DNA of 64,000 nucleotides, taken from contig OZ242374.1 in assembly GCA_965209055.1 (NCBI GenBank), positions 832,001 through 896,000 of the forward strand, read 5' to 3'. The notes beneath the pieces were generated by a model. The model was given only the letters and a program-made list of their open reading frames with translations, ran no database searches and was not told where the DNA came from. The translations under genes were made by a program, and so were the position numbers. The DNA comes from Acidobacteriota bacterium. GTDB lineage: Bacteria; Acidobacteriota; UBA6911; RPQK01; JAJDTT01. Shown piece by piece: positions 7,094-15,002 of this stretch. Numbering within the stretch: position 1 is the first letter of the stretch; the number at the start of each line of letters is the position of its first letter.

Positions 7094-7107
7094 GGGACTG
7101 TTAGTCC
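7094..7107. repeat. att core, right copy (GGGACTGTTAGTCC)
   Basis: Identical to 3565-3578. Confidence 0.85.
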
Positions 7108-7113
7108 CCCTCT

Positions 7114-7265
7114 GCGGCGACTTTCCTGTCGCCCACTGGGACAGGCAACTATCTTGTCGCTTGGTCTTCTTGCCGGAAAGTGTAAAGGGGGGACTACCGT
7201 CCCCCCTCCCCCCCCTGTCGGCGGTTGGAAACCGCCGCTCCAAGTCGCCGCTCCAAGTCGTCGTT
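7114..7265. repeat. Cluster of REP-like palindromes (families A and B) between convergent host genes
   Basis: ggcgactttcctgtcgcc; aggggggactaccgtcccccct; cggcggttggaaaccgccgctcc. Confidence 0.7.
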
Positions 7266-7268
7266 CCC

Positions 7269-8015
7269 CTAGTACATGAACCACCCACCGTTGACGTCCA
7301 GGGTGGCTCCGGTGAAATACGAGGCTTCCTCCGAGGCCAGGAAGACGACGACGGAAGCGATCTCCTCCGGGTCGCCCAGCCGTCCCAGGGGAATCTGGTC
7401 GACGATCGCCGCCACCTGCTCCGACGGAATCCGCATCATGTCCGTATCGACAACTCCAGGCGCGATGGCATTCACGGTGACATCGGGAGCCAGTGTCCGG
7501 GCGTACGACTTGGTGATGGCGATGATCCCCGCCTTGGTGGCCGCATAGACCGACGAGGCGGCCACGCCTCCCGTCCGGGCGCCGACGGAGCTGATGTTCA
7601 CGATCCTTCCCGAGCCCTGCCGGACCATCACCGGCGACACCGCCTGCGACACGAAGAAGGTCCCCTTGAGGTTGATCCCCACGATCCGATCGAAGTCCGC
7701 CTCGGTCACCTCCTCCAGCGGGATTCGCGGGCAGATGGCCGCGTTGTTGACCAGGACGTCGATGCGCTCGTGCTCCGTCACGATCTTCTCGATGGCAGTC
7801 GAGATCTCCGATGGCCGGGAAATGTCAAGAGTGTAGGCGGCCGCCGACTTCCCTTCCCGGGTCAAACGATCCGCCAGTCGCCGGACTCCCTCGGTGTTGA
7901 TGTCGCAGAGCACGACCTTGGCGGACTCATTGGTGACAGCCCGGGCGATGGCCGTCCCGATCCCGCCCGCGGCTCCTGTGATCAATACGACCTTGCCGGA
8001 TAGCGTTCCCTTCAT
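7269..8015 (-). CDS. Short-chain dehydrogenase/reductase (FabG-like)
   Basis: TGAAGGIG, NNAA, YAATK (YxxxK), VNAIAPG motifs. Confidence 0.92.
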   Translation of the reverse strand: MKGTLSGKVVLITGAAGGIGTAIARAVTNESAKVVLCDINTEGVRRLADRLTREGKSAAAYTLDISRPSEISTAIEKIVTEHERIDVLVNNAAICPRIPLEEVTEADFDRIVGINLKGTFFVSQAVSPVMVRQGSGRIVNISSVGARTGGVAASSVYAATKAGIIAITKSYARTLAPDVTVNAIAPGVVDTDMMRIPSEQVAAIVDQIPLGRLGDPEEIASVVVFLASEEASYFTGATLDVNGGWFMY

Positions 8016-8037
8016 TCCTGTATTCCTCCGTCCCCAA

Positions 8038-9480
8038 TCAGACAAGCCGCCGGATCAGGTTGGACACCCGCTCGACGACGGTCTGTTCGGCGTCCGGGCG
8101 CAATGCCACCGGCATGGAATGGCTCTGCACCAGCAGGTCCGGTACGGCGTAGCGTTCGTGAACACTCCAGCCTCCTTGAGGATAGTCTTCGGCACGGGGC
8201 AGATAGGCGACGAGGCCGTTGGAGAACCCCAGGAACTGGGTGTGCTCGAAGGGCGATCGCGCCTTGACGTCCAGTCCGGTCTGAAAGAAGGCCTCGACGC
8301 TGGCGCTGGCCACGACGATGTCGTTGATCCGAATCGCCTGAATGAGCGTATCCAACGGCGGATTCCCCGCGTGCACGGCTTCGACCAGTTTTTCGGCCCA
8401 GTCGCTGAAGCGCATCGCCACGCTGATCTCCCAGTTCCTGGCGTCGCTGGTCCGGGCGTGGTCCAACTTCTGCCTCCACTCGTCACGGATGGCCTCCGCT
8501 TCCTCCAGCGGCGGCAGTTCCCCGAACTCCAACTGGATGATCTCGTCGACGGCGCCCAAATAGGTGCAGGTTTCGCCGTCGGCCGGCTCCCACGGCCAGA
8601 ACAGGATGTTGGGAATGACCCCCATGGGACGCCGCTCTTTCCCGCGACGGACGTTGGTGCGGATGTCCGCAGCCACTTTGACCACTTCGGCGCCCAGAAT
8701 CAGGCCGGTCCGGTTCTTGGTGTCCCGGCAATCCACCTCGTAACCGATCCCATGGACCGGATTGACGTTTCCGCCACAGGCCTGCAGAAAGACTGAAAGC
8801 CCGCCCAAAGTGTCTTCCACCAGATCGCGGGCCGGACCGGGAAAGTCGGAGGAGACCAGCGACGAGCGGGGGCCCATGGTCACGGTGTGGCAGCCGTAGC
8901 TGAAGCAGGTGGCGATGGGACGGCCCTCCAGATCGTCGATTCTGAGGACGCCGACAGCCGAATCGATGGGAACGCTGGGATCTTCTCCCAGGACGTCGCG
9001 GCCGTCGGGACCCGTCTCCCTCCTGTAGACGCCGATATGGGCTTTACCCCATCCCGCCCCGATCCGGGCCGGCTGCGAAGACTGGTCGGCCTCCACGCAC
9101 GTCTCCACCAGCCACTCGATGAGCCGATCCTGGTAGGCGCGTTGAAGCCTCATCTGCCCCGGCGAGTCGGGCAGGAAATCAGGCAGCGCCGGACCGCTGT
9201 GGGTATGGTTGAAATTGATCAGGACATGGGACGCCGGCGTCCCCACCGCCTCGCCGATGCGCCGCCGGATCTCGAGCGCGACAGGCAGAAAGATGACACA
9301 GATATCGATGCCGACGATAACCACCTTGCTGGCCTGATTGGAGAGCACAACGGCGGTCGCCGACAGATCCGATTCGACGGCCTGGAGCGGTTCGGCGAAC
9401 AGCCGGATCCCGGGCCGCTTCGTTCCCAGGGGAGGGTTGATGATTCTTCGGGCGGCGCCCGCACAGAGGACCTTCGACAT
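8038..9480 (-). CDS. Neutral/alkaline ceramidase-like amidohydrolase
   Basis: HTHSGP, YGCH, SSDFPG, LQACGGNVNP motifs. AAGGGAG SD. Confidence 0.75.
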   Translation of the reverse strand: MSKVLCAGAARRIINPPLGTKRPGIRLFAEPLQAVESDLSATAVVLSNQASKVVIVGIDICVIFLPVALEIRRRIGEAVGTPASHVLINFNHTHSGPALPDFLPDSPGQMRLQRAYQDRLIEWLVETCVEADQSSQPARIGAGWGKAHIGVYRRETGPDGRDVLGEDPSVPIDSAVGVLRIDDLEGRPIATCFSYGCHTVTMGPRSSLVSSDFPGPARDLVEDTLGGLSVFLQACGGNVNPVHGIGYEVDCRDTKNRTGLILGAEVVKVAADIRTNVRRGKERRPMGVIPNILFWPWEPADGETCTYLGAVDEIIQLEFGELPPLEEAEAIRDEWRQKLDHARTSDARNWEISVAMRFSDWAEKLVEAVHAGNPPLDTLIQAIRINDIVVASASVEAFFQTGLDVKARSPFEHTQFLGFSNGLVAYLPRAEDYPQGGWSVHERYAVPDLLVQSHSMPVALRPDAEQTVVERVSNLIRRLV

Positions 9481-9532
9481 TTTCAAACTCCCTTAGCGGA
9501 CCGTTTCCCGGATACGAGAGAGGACCGGTTCT

Positions 9533-11104
9533 TCATTCACCCCGAACATACACCGCGTAGAGCCTGGGGTCGCCTTCAGCCGAGGTGAGCCGGATGCGAA
9601 GCCGCACCTGCCGACCCGCAAGGTCCGAAAGCTGACCGCCGGGCCAGACCACGGAACAGTCGAGCCCTCCGCCCCGCTTCTGTAGCCACCCCGCGCCTCC
9701 GGTGCAGGAGACCGTGCCGGCGTCGGCATCGGAGTAGCCGGGGAGCAGATTGAAATCGACGCCGGACACCTCGACCCGCATTTGCGCCGCGAAATCGGCG
9801 TTCAGAAAGACCTGGGCCTCCCCCTCCGGCCAGCGGAAGGGCGCCGACCAGACCCAGCCTTCGGAGACGCCCCGAATCAACCCCACGGCGCCCCATCGAT
9901 CGCGAGGCAAGGTGGCAAGGGCGACCTCGCCATAATATTCGGGGCCCACCGGCGCGTTCCGCCAGCGGCCATGGTAGATCCAGGTCTCGTCGTCCACGTT
10001 CAAAATGCCGTTGGCCTGGCACAGGATCGTGGGGTAGTCCTTCCCGGCCACCGGCGTCACCGGAGAATCGCGCCGCGAGATGTAGACATGCTTCTTCACC
10101 GGCTCGCGAAAATGGATCCCGTCGTTGCTCACCACCAGTCCCAGGTCGCAGGTGGTGCCGCCGACTCCCGTACCGCCGTGGCGCCAGATGCCGTAAAGAC
10201 CCACCGCCACCGAGCCGTAGCTGGCCCCGCCGACGCCCAGGTGGACCTGGTCGTACTCGCCGGCGGCTCCTCTGGGACCCAGGGTCCGGGGCTCCGGCAA
10301 TCCGAAGGTCTCGGCCTGGCCCGCCAGCCAGTTTTCGAAGTCGTTGGACACCCAGGCGTAACCCCGGCGTTCGTGCAGCTCTCCACCCTCCCCAAACAGC
10401 TTTCCCTGGCCGTGAGCCAGGTAGAGCCCCTTGTGTTTGTAGAAGGAGGAGAGTTCGACGAAGACGTCGAGCGGCAGGTCTGGCCTTGCAGTCCAGGTCA
10501 ATCCGTCGCGGCTGGTGGCGGTTCGGAGGGTGGATCGGGCCAACCCGTTCAGCTTCGGTTCGGCCCACCGTTCCCGCGCAGCGATGGGATTGTAGACCAT
10601 CTTGTAGCGTCGTTCGGGATCGGTCTCCTCCTCGTCCTTGATGACGGTGACCCCCATGACCCTGTCGTCGGGCAAACGGATGGCGTTGTTTTCCAGGTTT
10701 CCCTTGATGGAGACCTGCTTCAGCGACGGCTTGATCCAACGAATGCCGTCCTCGCTCTCGGCGTAGGCGGCGGGACCCATTCCTAGTTCGGAGGGCCGGG
10801 CGCCCATACGGACCGGGTAGTACCACATGCGAAACTTGCCCTCGTCCACCATCACGGTGCCGTAGAAATGGGCCGCCAACTGGTCGGCCGCGCCGGGGTC
10901 GTCGCCACTGGGGACCAGCACCGGCTCCTTTCGGACCAGCGGCCGGGACAGGTAGTAGCAGAGGTTGCGCCGGAAGGGGAGCAGGTGGTCGTCGACGGCC
11001 AGCAGAACGATGTCCTGATGCCGTTGGGGCGCCGGTTCGACGCCGCAGGCGAGAGCAAGGGCCACTGCGCCGCAGAATAGACGCGCGACGGATCGGAGAA
11101 TCAT
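9533..11104 (-). CDS. Lipoprotein, five-bladed beta-propeller glycoside-hydrolase-like
   Basis: Lipobox LALAC. YAESEDGIRWIKP, DPERRYKMVY and C-terminal LAGRQVRLRI motifs are shared with 32993 and 42443. Confidence 0.7.
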   Translation of the reverse strand: MILRSVARLFCGAVALALACGVEPAPQRHQDIVLLAVDDHLLPFRRNLCYYLSRPLVRKEPVLVPSGDDPGAADQLAAHFYGTVMVDEGKFRMWYYPVRMGARPSELGMGPAAYAESEDGIRWIKPSLKQVSIKGNLENNAIRLPDDRVMGVTVIKDEEETDPERRYKMVYNPIAARERWAEPKLNGLARSTLRTATSRDGLTWTARPDLPLDVFVELSSFYKHKGLYLAHGQGKLFGEGGELHERRGYAWVSNDFENWLAGQAETFGLPEPRTLGPRGAAGEYDQVHLGVGGASYGSVAVGLYGIWRHGGTGVGGTTCDLGLVVSNDGIHFREPVKKHVYISRRDSPVTPVAGKDYPTILCQANGILNVDDETWIYHGRWRNAPVGPEYYGEVALATLPRDRWGAVGLIRGVSEGWVWSAPFRWPEGEAQVFLNADFAAQMRVEVSGVDFNLLPGYSDADAGTVSCTGGAGWLQKRGGGLDCSVVWPGGQLSDLAGRQVRLRIRLTSAEGDPRLYAVYVRGE

Positions 11105-11271
11105 CCGCTTGAGTTTCCCCATTTTGAGTGGAGATGGCAATCTCGTGCGCGGGGCGGCGGAGCCGATCGAACGCCTTGACGGATTTGGCCTCGGAATATT
11201 CGCCTGTTTCGCGTGGCAAACCATTGGAAACAACTCCGATACTTGCTAGACAACCTTGAAAGAAGCTAGAA

Positions 11272-11300
11272 TTGACAGCAATGAAGACACTTCTTTGCTG
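11272..11300 (+). promoter_or_regulatory. TA operon -35 (TTGACA) overlapping a palindromic operator
   Basis: CAGCAATGAAG-ACA-CTTCTTTGCTG (10/11 dyad) at 11276-11300, just upstream of the antitoxin ATG. Confidence 0.55.
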
Positions 11301-11309
11301 GCACATCTC

Positions 11310-11546
11310 ATGGCGCAACTGACTGTTCGGAACGTGACCCAGCAAGTGGTTCGTGCGCTCAAGCGGAAAGCTGCGGCCCATGGCCGATCCGCAGAAGCCG
11401 AACACAGAGAGATCCTCCGTAGGGCACTGCTTGAAAGGGAGGAGAACTTCGCCTCCCGAGCCAGGAGCCTTAGGCAACGTCTTCGATCCTCCGTCGACAG
11501 CACCGAGGGCATCAGGGCCGACCGGGATCGGGACACCTCGGAATGA
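11310..11546 (+). CDS. FitA-like ribbon-helix-helix antitoxin
   Basis: MAQLTVRNV....RALKRKAAAHGRSAEAEHREIL signature. Confidence 0.88.
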   Translation: MAQLTVRNVTQQVVRALKRKAAAHGRSAEAEHREILRRALLEREENFASRARSLRQRLRSSVDSTEGIRADRDRDTSE

Positions 11547-11971
11547 AGGGCTATGTCGTCGATGCGAGCATCGTTGTGAAGTGGTTCGTAGAGGAAATAT
11601 GGTCCGACGAGGCATCAAGCCTGCTGGAAGCCGAAACCACGCTGATCGCTCCGGAACTCCTGTTTGCCGAAGTTTCCAACGCGCTTTGGGCCATGCGCCG
11701 CCGCGGCGATATCGACAGTGCGGACCTCGCGGATGCCATCGATGCGCTGAGAGTGTCTCCGGTCGCGGTGCCTTTCTCGATGCGCCAGCTTGCCGCCGCG
11801 GCAGCCCGGCTTGCCGTCGATCTCGACCATCCGGTCTACGACTGCTTCTATCTCGCGCTTGCGGTTCAGGAACAATACCCTGTGATCACCGCTGATGCGC
11901 GGTTCCACCGCAAAGTGCGGAAACACCCCTACCTTTCTGACCGGATCATGCACTTGGCGAGTTTGACCTGA
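11543..11971 (+). CDS. vapC: VapC/PIN-domain toxin
   Basis: VVDASIVVKW, EVSNAL, YDCFYLALA, ITAD motifs. ATGA overlap with the antitoxin. Confidence 0.92.
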   Translation: MKGYVVDASIVVKWFVEEIWSDEASSLLEAETTLIAPELLFAEVSNALWAMRRRGDIDSADLADAIDALRVSPVAVPFSMRQLAAAAARLAVDLDHPVYDCFYLALAVQEQYPVITADARFHRKVRKHPYLSDRIMHLASLT

Positions 11972-12064
11972 CTGCCAGTCTGCGGGGCGAAGACCACCAC
12001 TCTGTTACTCTCATTCCCGGCTTGACCTTACCTCCGGTTCGGACCTAAACTACCTGAAACCAGG

Positions 12065-13729
12065 ATGATCTTCTCCTATTCCAAATCGAGATCAGCGGCC
12101 TCATTGCTCCTCGTCCTGACACTGACCCTCGCAGTCGTCTGGGCCGGCCCCAAGGAAAAGGACGCCTCCAGCGAAGAGGCCGTCGACTACTACAACAAGT
12201 GGTTGAATGACACGGTCGTCCACATCATCGCCCATGATGAACGGGGGGTCTTCGAGAAGCTGACCAGTCCCGAGGAGAAAGAGAACTTCATCGAGCAATT
12301 CTGGCGCCGCCGGGACCCCGACCCGCGCACCATGATCAACGAGTTCAAGGAGGAGCACTACCGCCGGATCGCCTACGCCGACGACCACTTCTCCAGCGGG
12401 CTCGCGGGCCGGAATACGGATCGGGGCCGGATCTACATCATGCATGGTCCGCCGGCCGACATCGAGAGCTTTCCTGCCGGCGGCCGCTACGACAGGACTC
12501 TGGAAGAAGGACTCGGCACCACCATCGTCTTTCCCTTTGAGCGCTGGCGCTACCGGAACCTGGAGGGCATCGGATCGAACATCATCATCGAGTTTGTCGA
12601 CCAGTCCATGACGGGAGACTACAAGCTCGCCTACCACCCCGACGAAAAGGACCTGATGGACGACAAGGGATTCGGGGGCATGAAGTTGGCCGAGATACAA
12701 GGATGGACCGACAAGTCCGAACGCTGGCTCAGGCACGGTTACCCCATGATGGACGGGAGCGGCGCCGGCGACTGGCACCAGCTGCAGAAGTATTTCGACC
12801 GGCTCCGCGTCACTTCCGCCACCATGGCACAGACCAAGGGCAAGTACGACGACCTGAAGAAGTTCGTGAGGACCCGTGTCTCGTATGAGCCGCTTCCCTT
12901 TCGGCTCAGGAACGACCAGTTGGAGCTGAATGGCGAGGAAGTTCTGGTGCTGCTGACGCTGGAAGTGCCCAAGAAGGAGCTCAACTTCAAACCGGCCGGC
13001 GCAGCCACGGCCACCGCCACGCTGGACCTGTACGGGGTGGTGACCAACATGGCCAACCAGCATGTGGCCGAGATCGACCAGGAGATGGCCGTCCACGTGG
13101 CCACGGACGAGTTGGCGGGAGGGCTGAACGACCTCTCCCTGCACCAGGTGGTCCTTGCCCTGGACAGGGGGCAGCGCTACAAGCTGGAACTCTTTCTGCA
13201 GGACCTGGAGAGTGGAAAGGTGGGCAGCAAGACCCTGGCCATCAATCCATTTCGACCCCGGGATGAAGGTCTGGGAGCCAGTACCCTGCTGCTGTCGGAT
13301 CACGTGAAGCAGTTGGGTTACGTCCCGGAGCAATACGAGATGTTCGTCATGGGGGACCTGTTGGTCCGCCCCAGCGTCTCAAGGAGTTTCGACGGCGAGA
13401 ATCCGCTATGGGTTTACCTGGAAATCTATGGATTGGAAATGGACTCAGCCTCCAGCAAACCCTCAATCAAGGCGGATTACTTCATCCTTAAGGACGATCA
13501 GATCGTCTTCGAAATCCATGACTCCCTGGGCAAGTCGGTCTACTTCTCCTCCTATCGCCGCACCATGTTGCTGCAAGGGTTTCCCTTGGGCCGGCTGCAG
13601 CCGGGGAAATACACCCTCAGTGCGCAGATCGCGGACCAGATCGGAGGAAACAGCACCAGCCGCGAGGAAGAGTTCACCATTCTGAAGCCTGCCGTCGACG
13701 CCGGCCAAGCTCAGGTGTTGAAACGCTGA
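12065..13729 (+). CDS. GWxTD domain-containing protein (motif variant GRNTD)
   Basis: Signal peptide; FIEQFWRRRDP, EEHYRRIAYA, TDRGRIYI.HGPP motifs. Confidence 0.9.
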   Translation: MIFSYSKSRSAASLLLVLTLTLAVVWAGPKEKDASSEEAVDYYNKWLNDTVVHIIAHDERGVFEKLTSPEEKENFIEQFWRRRDPDPRTMINEFKEEHYRRIAYADDHFSSGLAGRNTDRGRIYIMHGPPADIESFPAGGRYDRTLEEGLGTTIVFPFERWRYRNLEGIGSNIIIEFVDQSMTGDYKLAYHPDEKDLMDDKGFGGMKLAEIQGWTDKSERWLRHGYPMMDGSGAGDWHQLQKYFDRLRVTSATMAQTKGKYDDLKKFVRTRVSYEPLPFRLRNDQLELNGEEVLVLLTLEVPKKELNFKPAGAATATATLDLYGVVTNMANQHVAEIDQEMAVHVATDELAGGLNDLSLHQVVLALDRGQRYKLELFLQDLESGKVGSKTLAINPFRPRDEGLGASTLLLSDHVKQLGYVPEQYEMFVMGDLLVRPSVSRSFDGENPLWVYLEIYGLEMDSASSKPSIKADYFILKDDQIVFEIHDSLGKSVYFSSYRRTMLLQGFPLGRLQPGKYTLSAQIADQIGGNSTSREEEFTILKPAVDAGQAQVLKR

Positions 13730-13808
13730 CCAGGATTGGAGGAACGAATTTTCGGGCGGTCCATCGTCTTCGCCCGGTGCCGTTTCTTTGGTCTGTTGAT
13801 TTGGAGAT

Positions 13809-13892
13809 CGGCGGCTGGAAAGCCGCCGACCCCGGCGACAAGAATGTCGCCGCTCCTGACGCCGCTTCCGGCGACAAGAATGTTGCCGCTCC
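13809..13892. repeat. REP-like palindrome cluster (family A)
   Basis: cggcggctggaaagccgccg plus two cggcgacaagaatgt(c/t)gccgctcc units between convergent genes. Confidence 0.75.
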
Positions 13893-13894
13893 CC

Positions 13895-14557
13895 CTATTC
13901 GGTCTTCGGCATTTGTCTCAGCGCGTCCAGGAGCGCCCGGGCATCTGCGGCGGTAGAACTCTGCGGCGCGAGTTCCAAGTGTTTTTCCAGGTGTTCCAGG
14001 GCTTGCGCCAGCCTGTCTTCCTGAAGTAGCAGAACCCCGACGTAGTAGTGTGCATCCGCGTGTTCGGCGTCGGCGGCAAGGGTCTTACGCAGAGCCTCCA
14101 TGGCTTGCACCTCTCTCCCCGCATTGAGGTGGTCCACGGCGATGAAGTATTGAGATTTCGCGGTTGCCCTGGGATCCTGGTCCCCCGTCAACTTCAGCCC
14201 CTTCTGGTACATCTCCGTGGCCTTCCCCGCCTCCCCCATGTCCGAGTAGACGTGTCCCAGGTCCTGGTAGTAGGTGGCGTTCCCGGGATCCAGCTCGATG
14301 GCCTTCCGGTAGGCGGCCACTGCATCCGAGGGCTTTTTCAGTTTGTTGTAGACGTGCCCCAGGTTGGCCCAGGTTGGCGCCAGAGTCGGTTGCGTCTCCA
14401 CCACCCTGCGGAACGCCTCCGCCGCCTCCTCGTATCGACCTCCGTCGACGAATCGCATGGCCACCTTGTGGCTTTCGTCTATTATCGAGACCTTCCGCTT
14501 AATTTCCTCCGCTTGACGCAACTCTTGAACCAGTGTGTCTCTCTCGGCCTGAGTCAT
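13895..14557 (-). CDS. Tetratricopeptide-repeat region (C-terminal half of a split gene)
   Basis: TPR motifs (AWANLG-like WANLGHVY, YRKAIELDP, AHYYVG). Its ATG overlaps the TGA of the upstream ORF. Confidence 0.75.
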   Translation of the reverse strand: MTQAERDTLVQELRQAEEIKRKVSIIDESHKVAMRFVDGGRYEEAAEAFRRVVETQPTLAPTWANLGHVYNKLKKPSDAVAAYRKAIELDPGNATYYQDLGHVYSDMGEAGKATEMYQKGLKLTGDQDPRATAKSQYFIAVDHLNAGREVQAMEALRKTLAADAEHADAHYYVGVLLLQEDRLAQALEHLEKHLELAPQSSTAADARALLDALRQMPKTE

Positions 14558-14919
14558 CTCGGCGTGGAGGAGTGGCCGCGCGTCATGGTGAAATTGTTGA
14601 CGCCGCCGTTTTGTGACTGTGACGCCCGAACCCCCACCGACTCCTCGGTCCAGTAACCCTCCTTGATGGCCACGATTCGATATGAGAGATAGGGATCGAC
14701 GGCGATGTGGAAATATCGTCCCCCCTTGTCGGTCTTGAGTTTGTACCTTATCTTGCTGTCGAGTCCCTCGATCCTGACCACCACGTCTCTGAGGGGCTTG
14801 CCCTCCCGGTCCCTGATCTGGCCCTGCAAGGTGCCCCGGTGCTGGGCGTCGGCTTGCCCCGACGCCAGCAGGAAAAGGGTTCCCAGTACGAACCAGAGAC
14901 GACCGCGTATTCTGTTCAT
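14554..14919 (-). CDS. Signal peptide plus carboxypeptidase-regulatory-like domain (N-terminal half of a split TPR gene)
   Basis: GGAGGA SD; signal peptide ending ADAQ; GQIRD.EGKPL..V.VRIE...KTDKGGRY. Confidence 0.7.
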   Translation of the reverse strand: MNRIRGRLWFVLGTLFLLASGQADAQHRGTLQGQIRDREGKPLRDVVVRIEGLDSKIRYKLKTDKGGRYFHIAVDPYLSYRIVAIKEGYWTEESVGVRASQSQNGGVNNFTMTRGHSSTPR

Positions 14920-14933
14920 ATCCTCCACCCCAT

Positions 14934-14970
14934 AAAAAAAGGGGGGAAGGGAACCAGTTCCCTTCCCCCC
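14934..14970 (-). terminator. Rho-independent terminator downstream of the TonB receptor
   Basis: GGGGGGAAGGGAAC/GTTCCCTTCCCCCC stem followed by T7 on the minus strand. Confidence 0.75.
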
Positions 14971-15002
14971 ATTCTAATCGACTTTTCCCGGCTTGAAACC
15001 CG

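Larger units (their letters stand above)
3565..7107. mobile_element. ~3.5-kb tyrosine-integrase integrative element inserted in a REP-like hairpin
   Basis: Exact 14-bp direct repeat GGGACTGTTAGTCC at 3565-3578 and 7094-7107. Joining the flanks restores the hairpin GAGGGGGGACT-GTT-AGTCCCCCTC. The integrase lies next to one end and matching subterminal motifs sit about 100 bp inside both ends. Confidence 0.85.
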
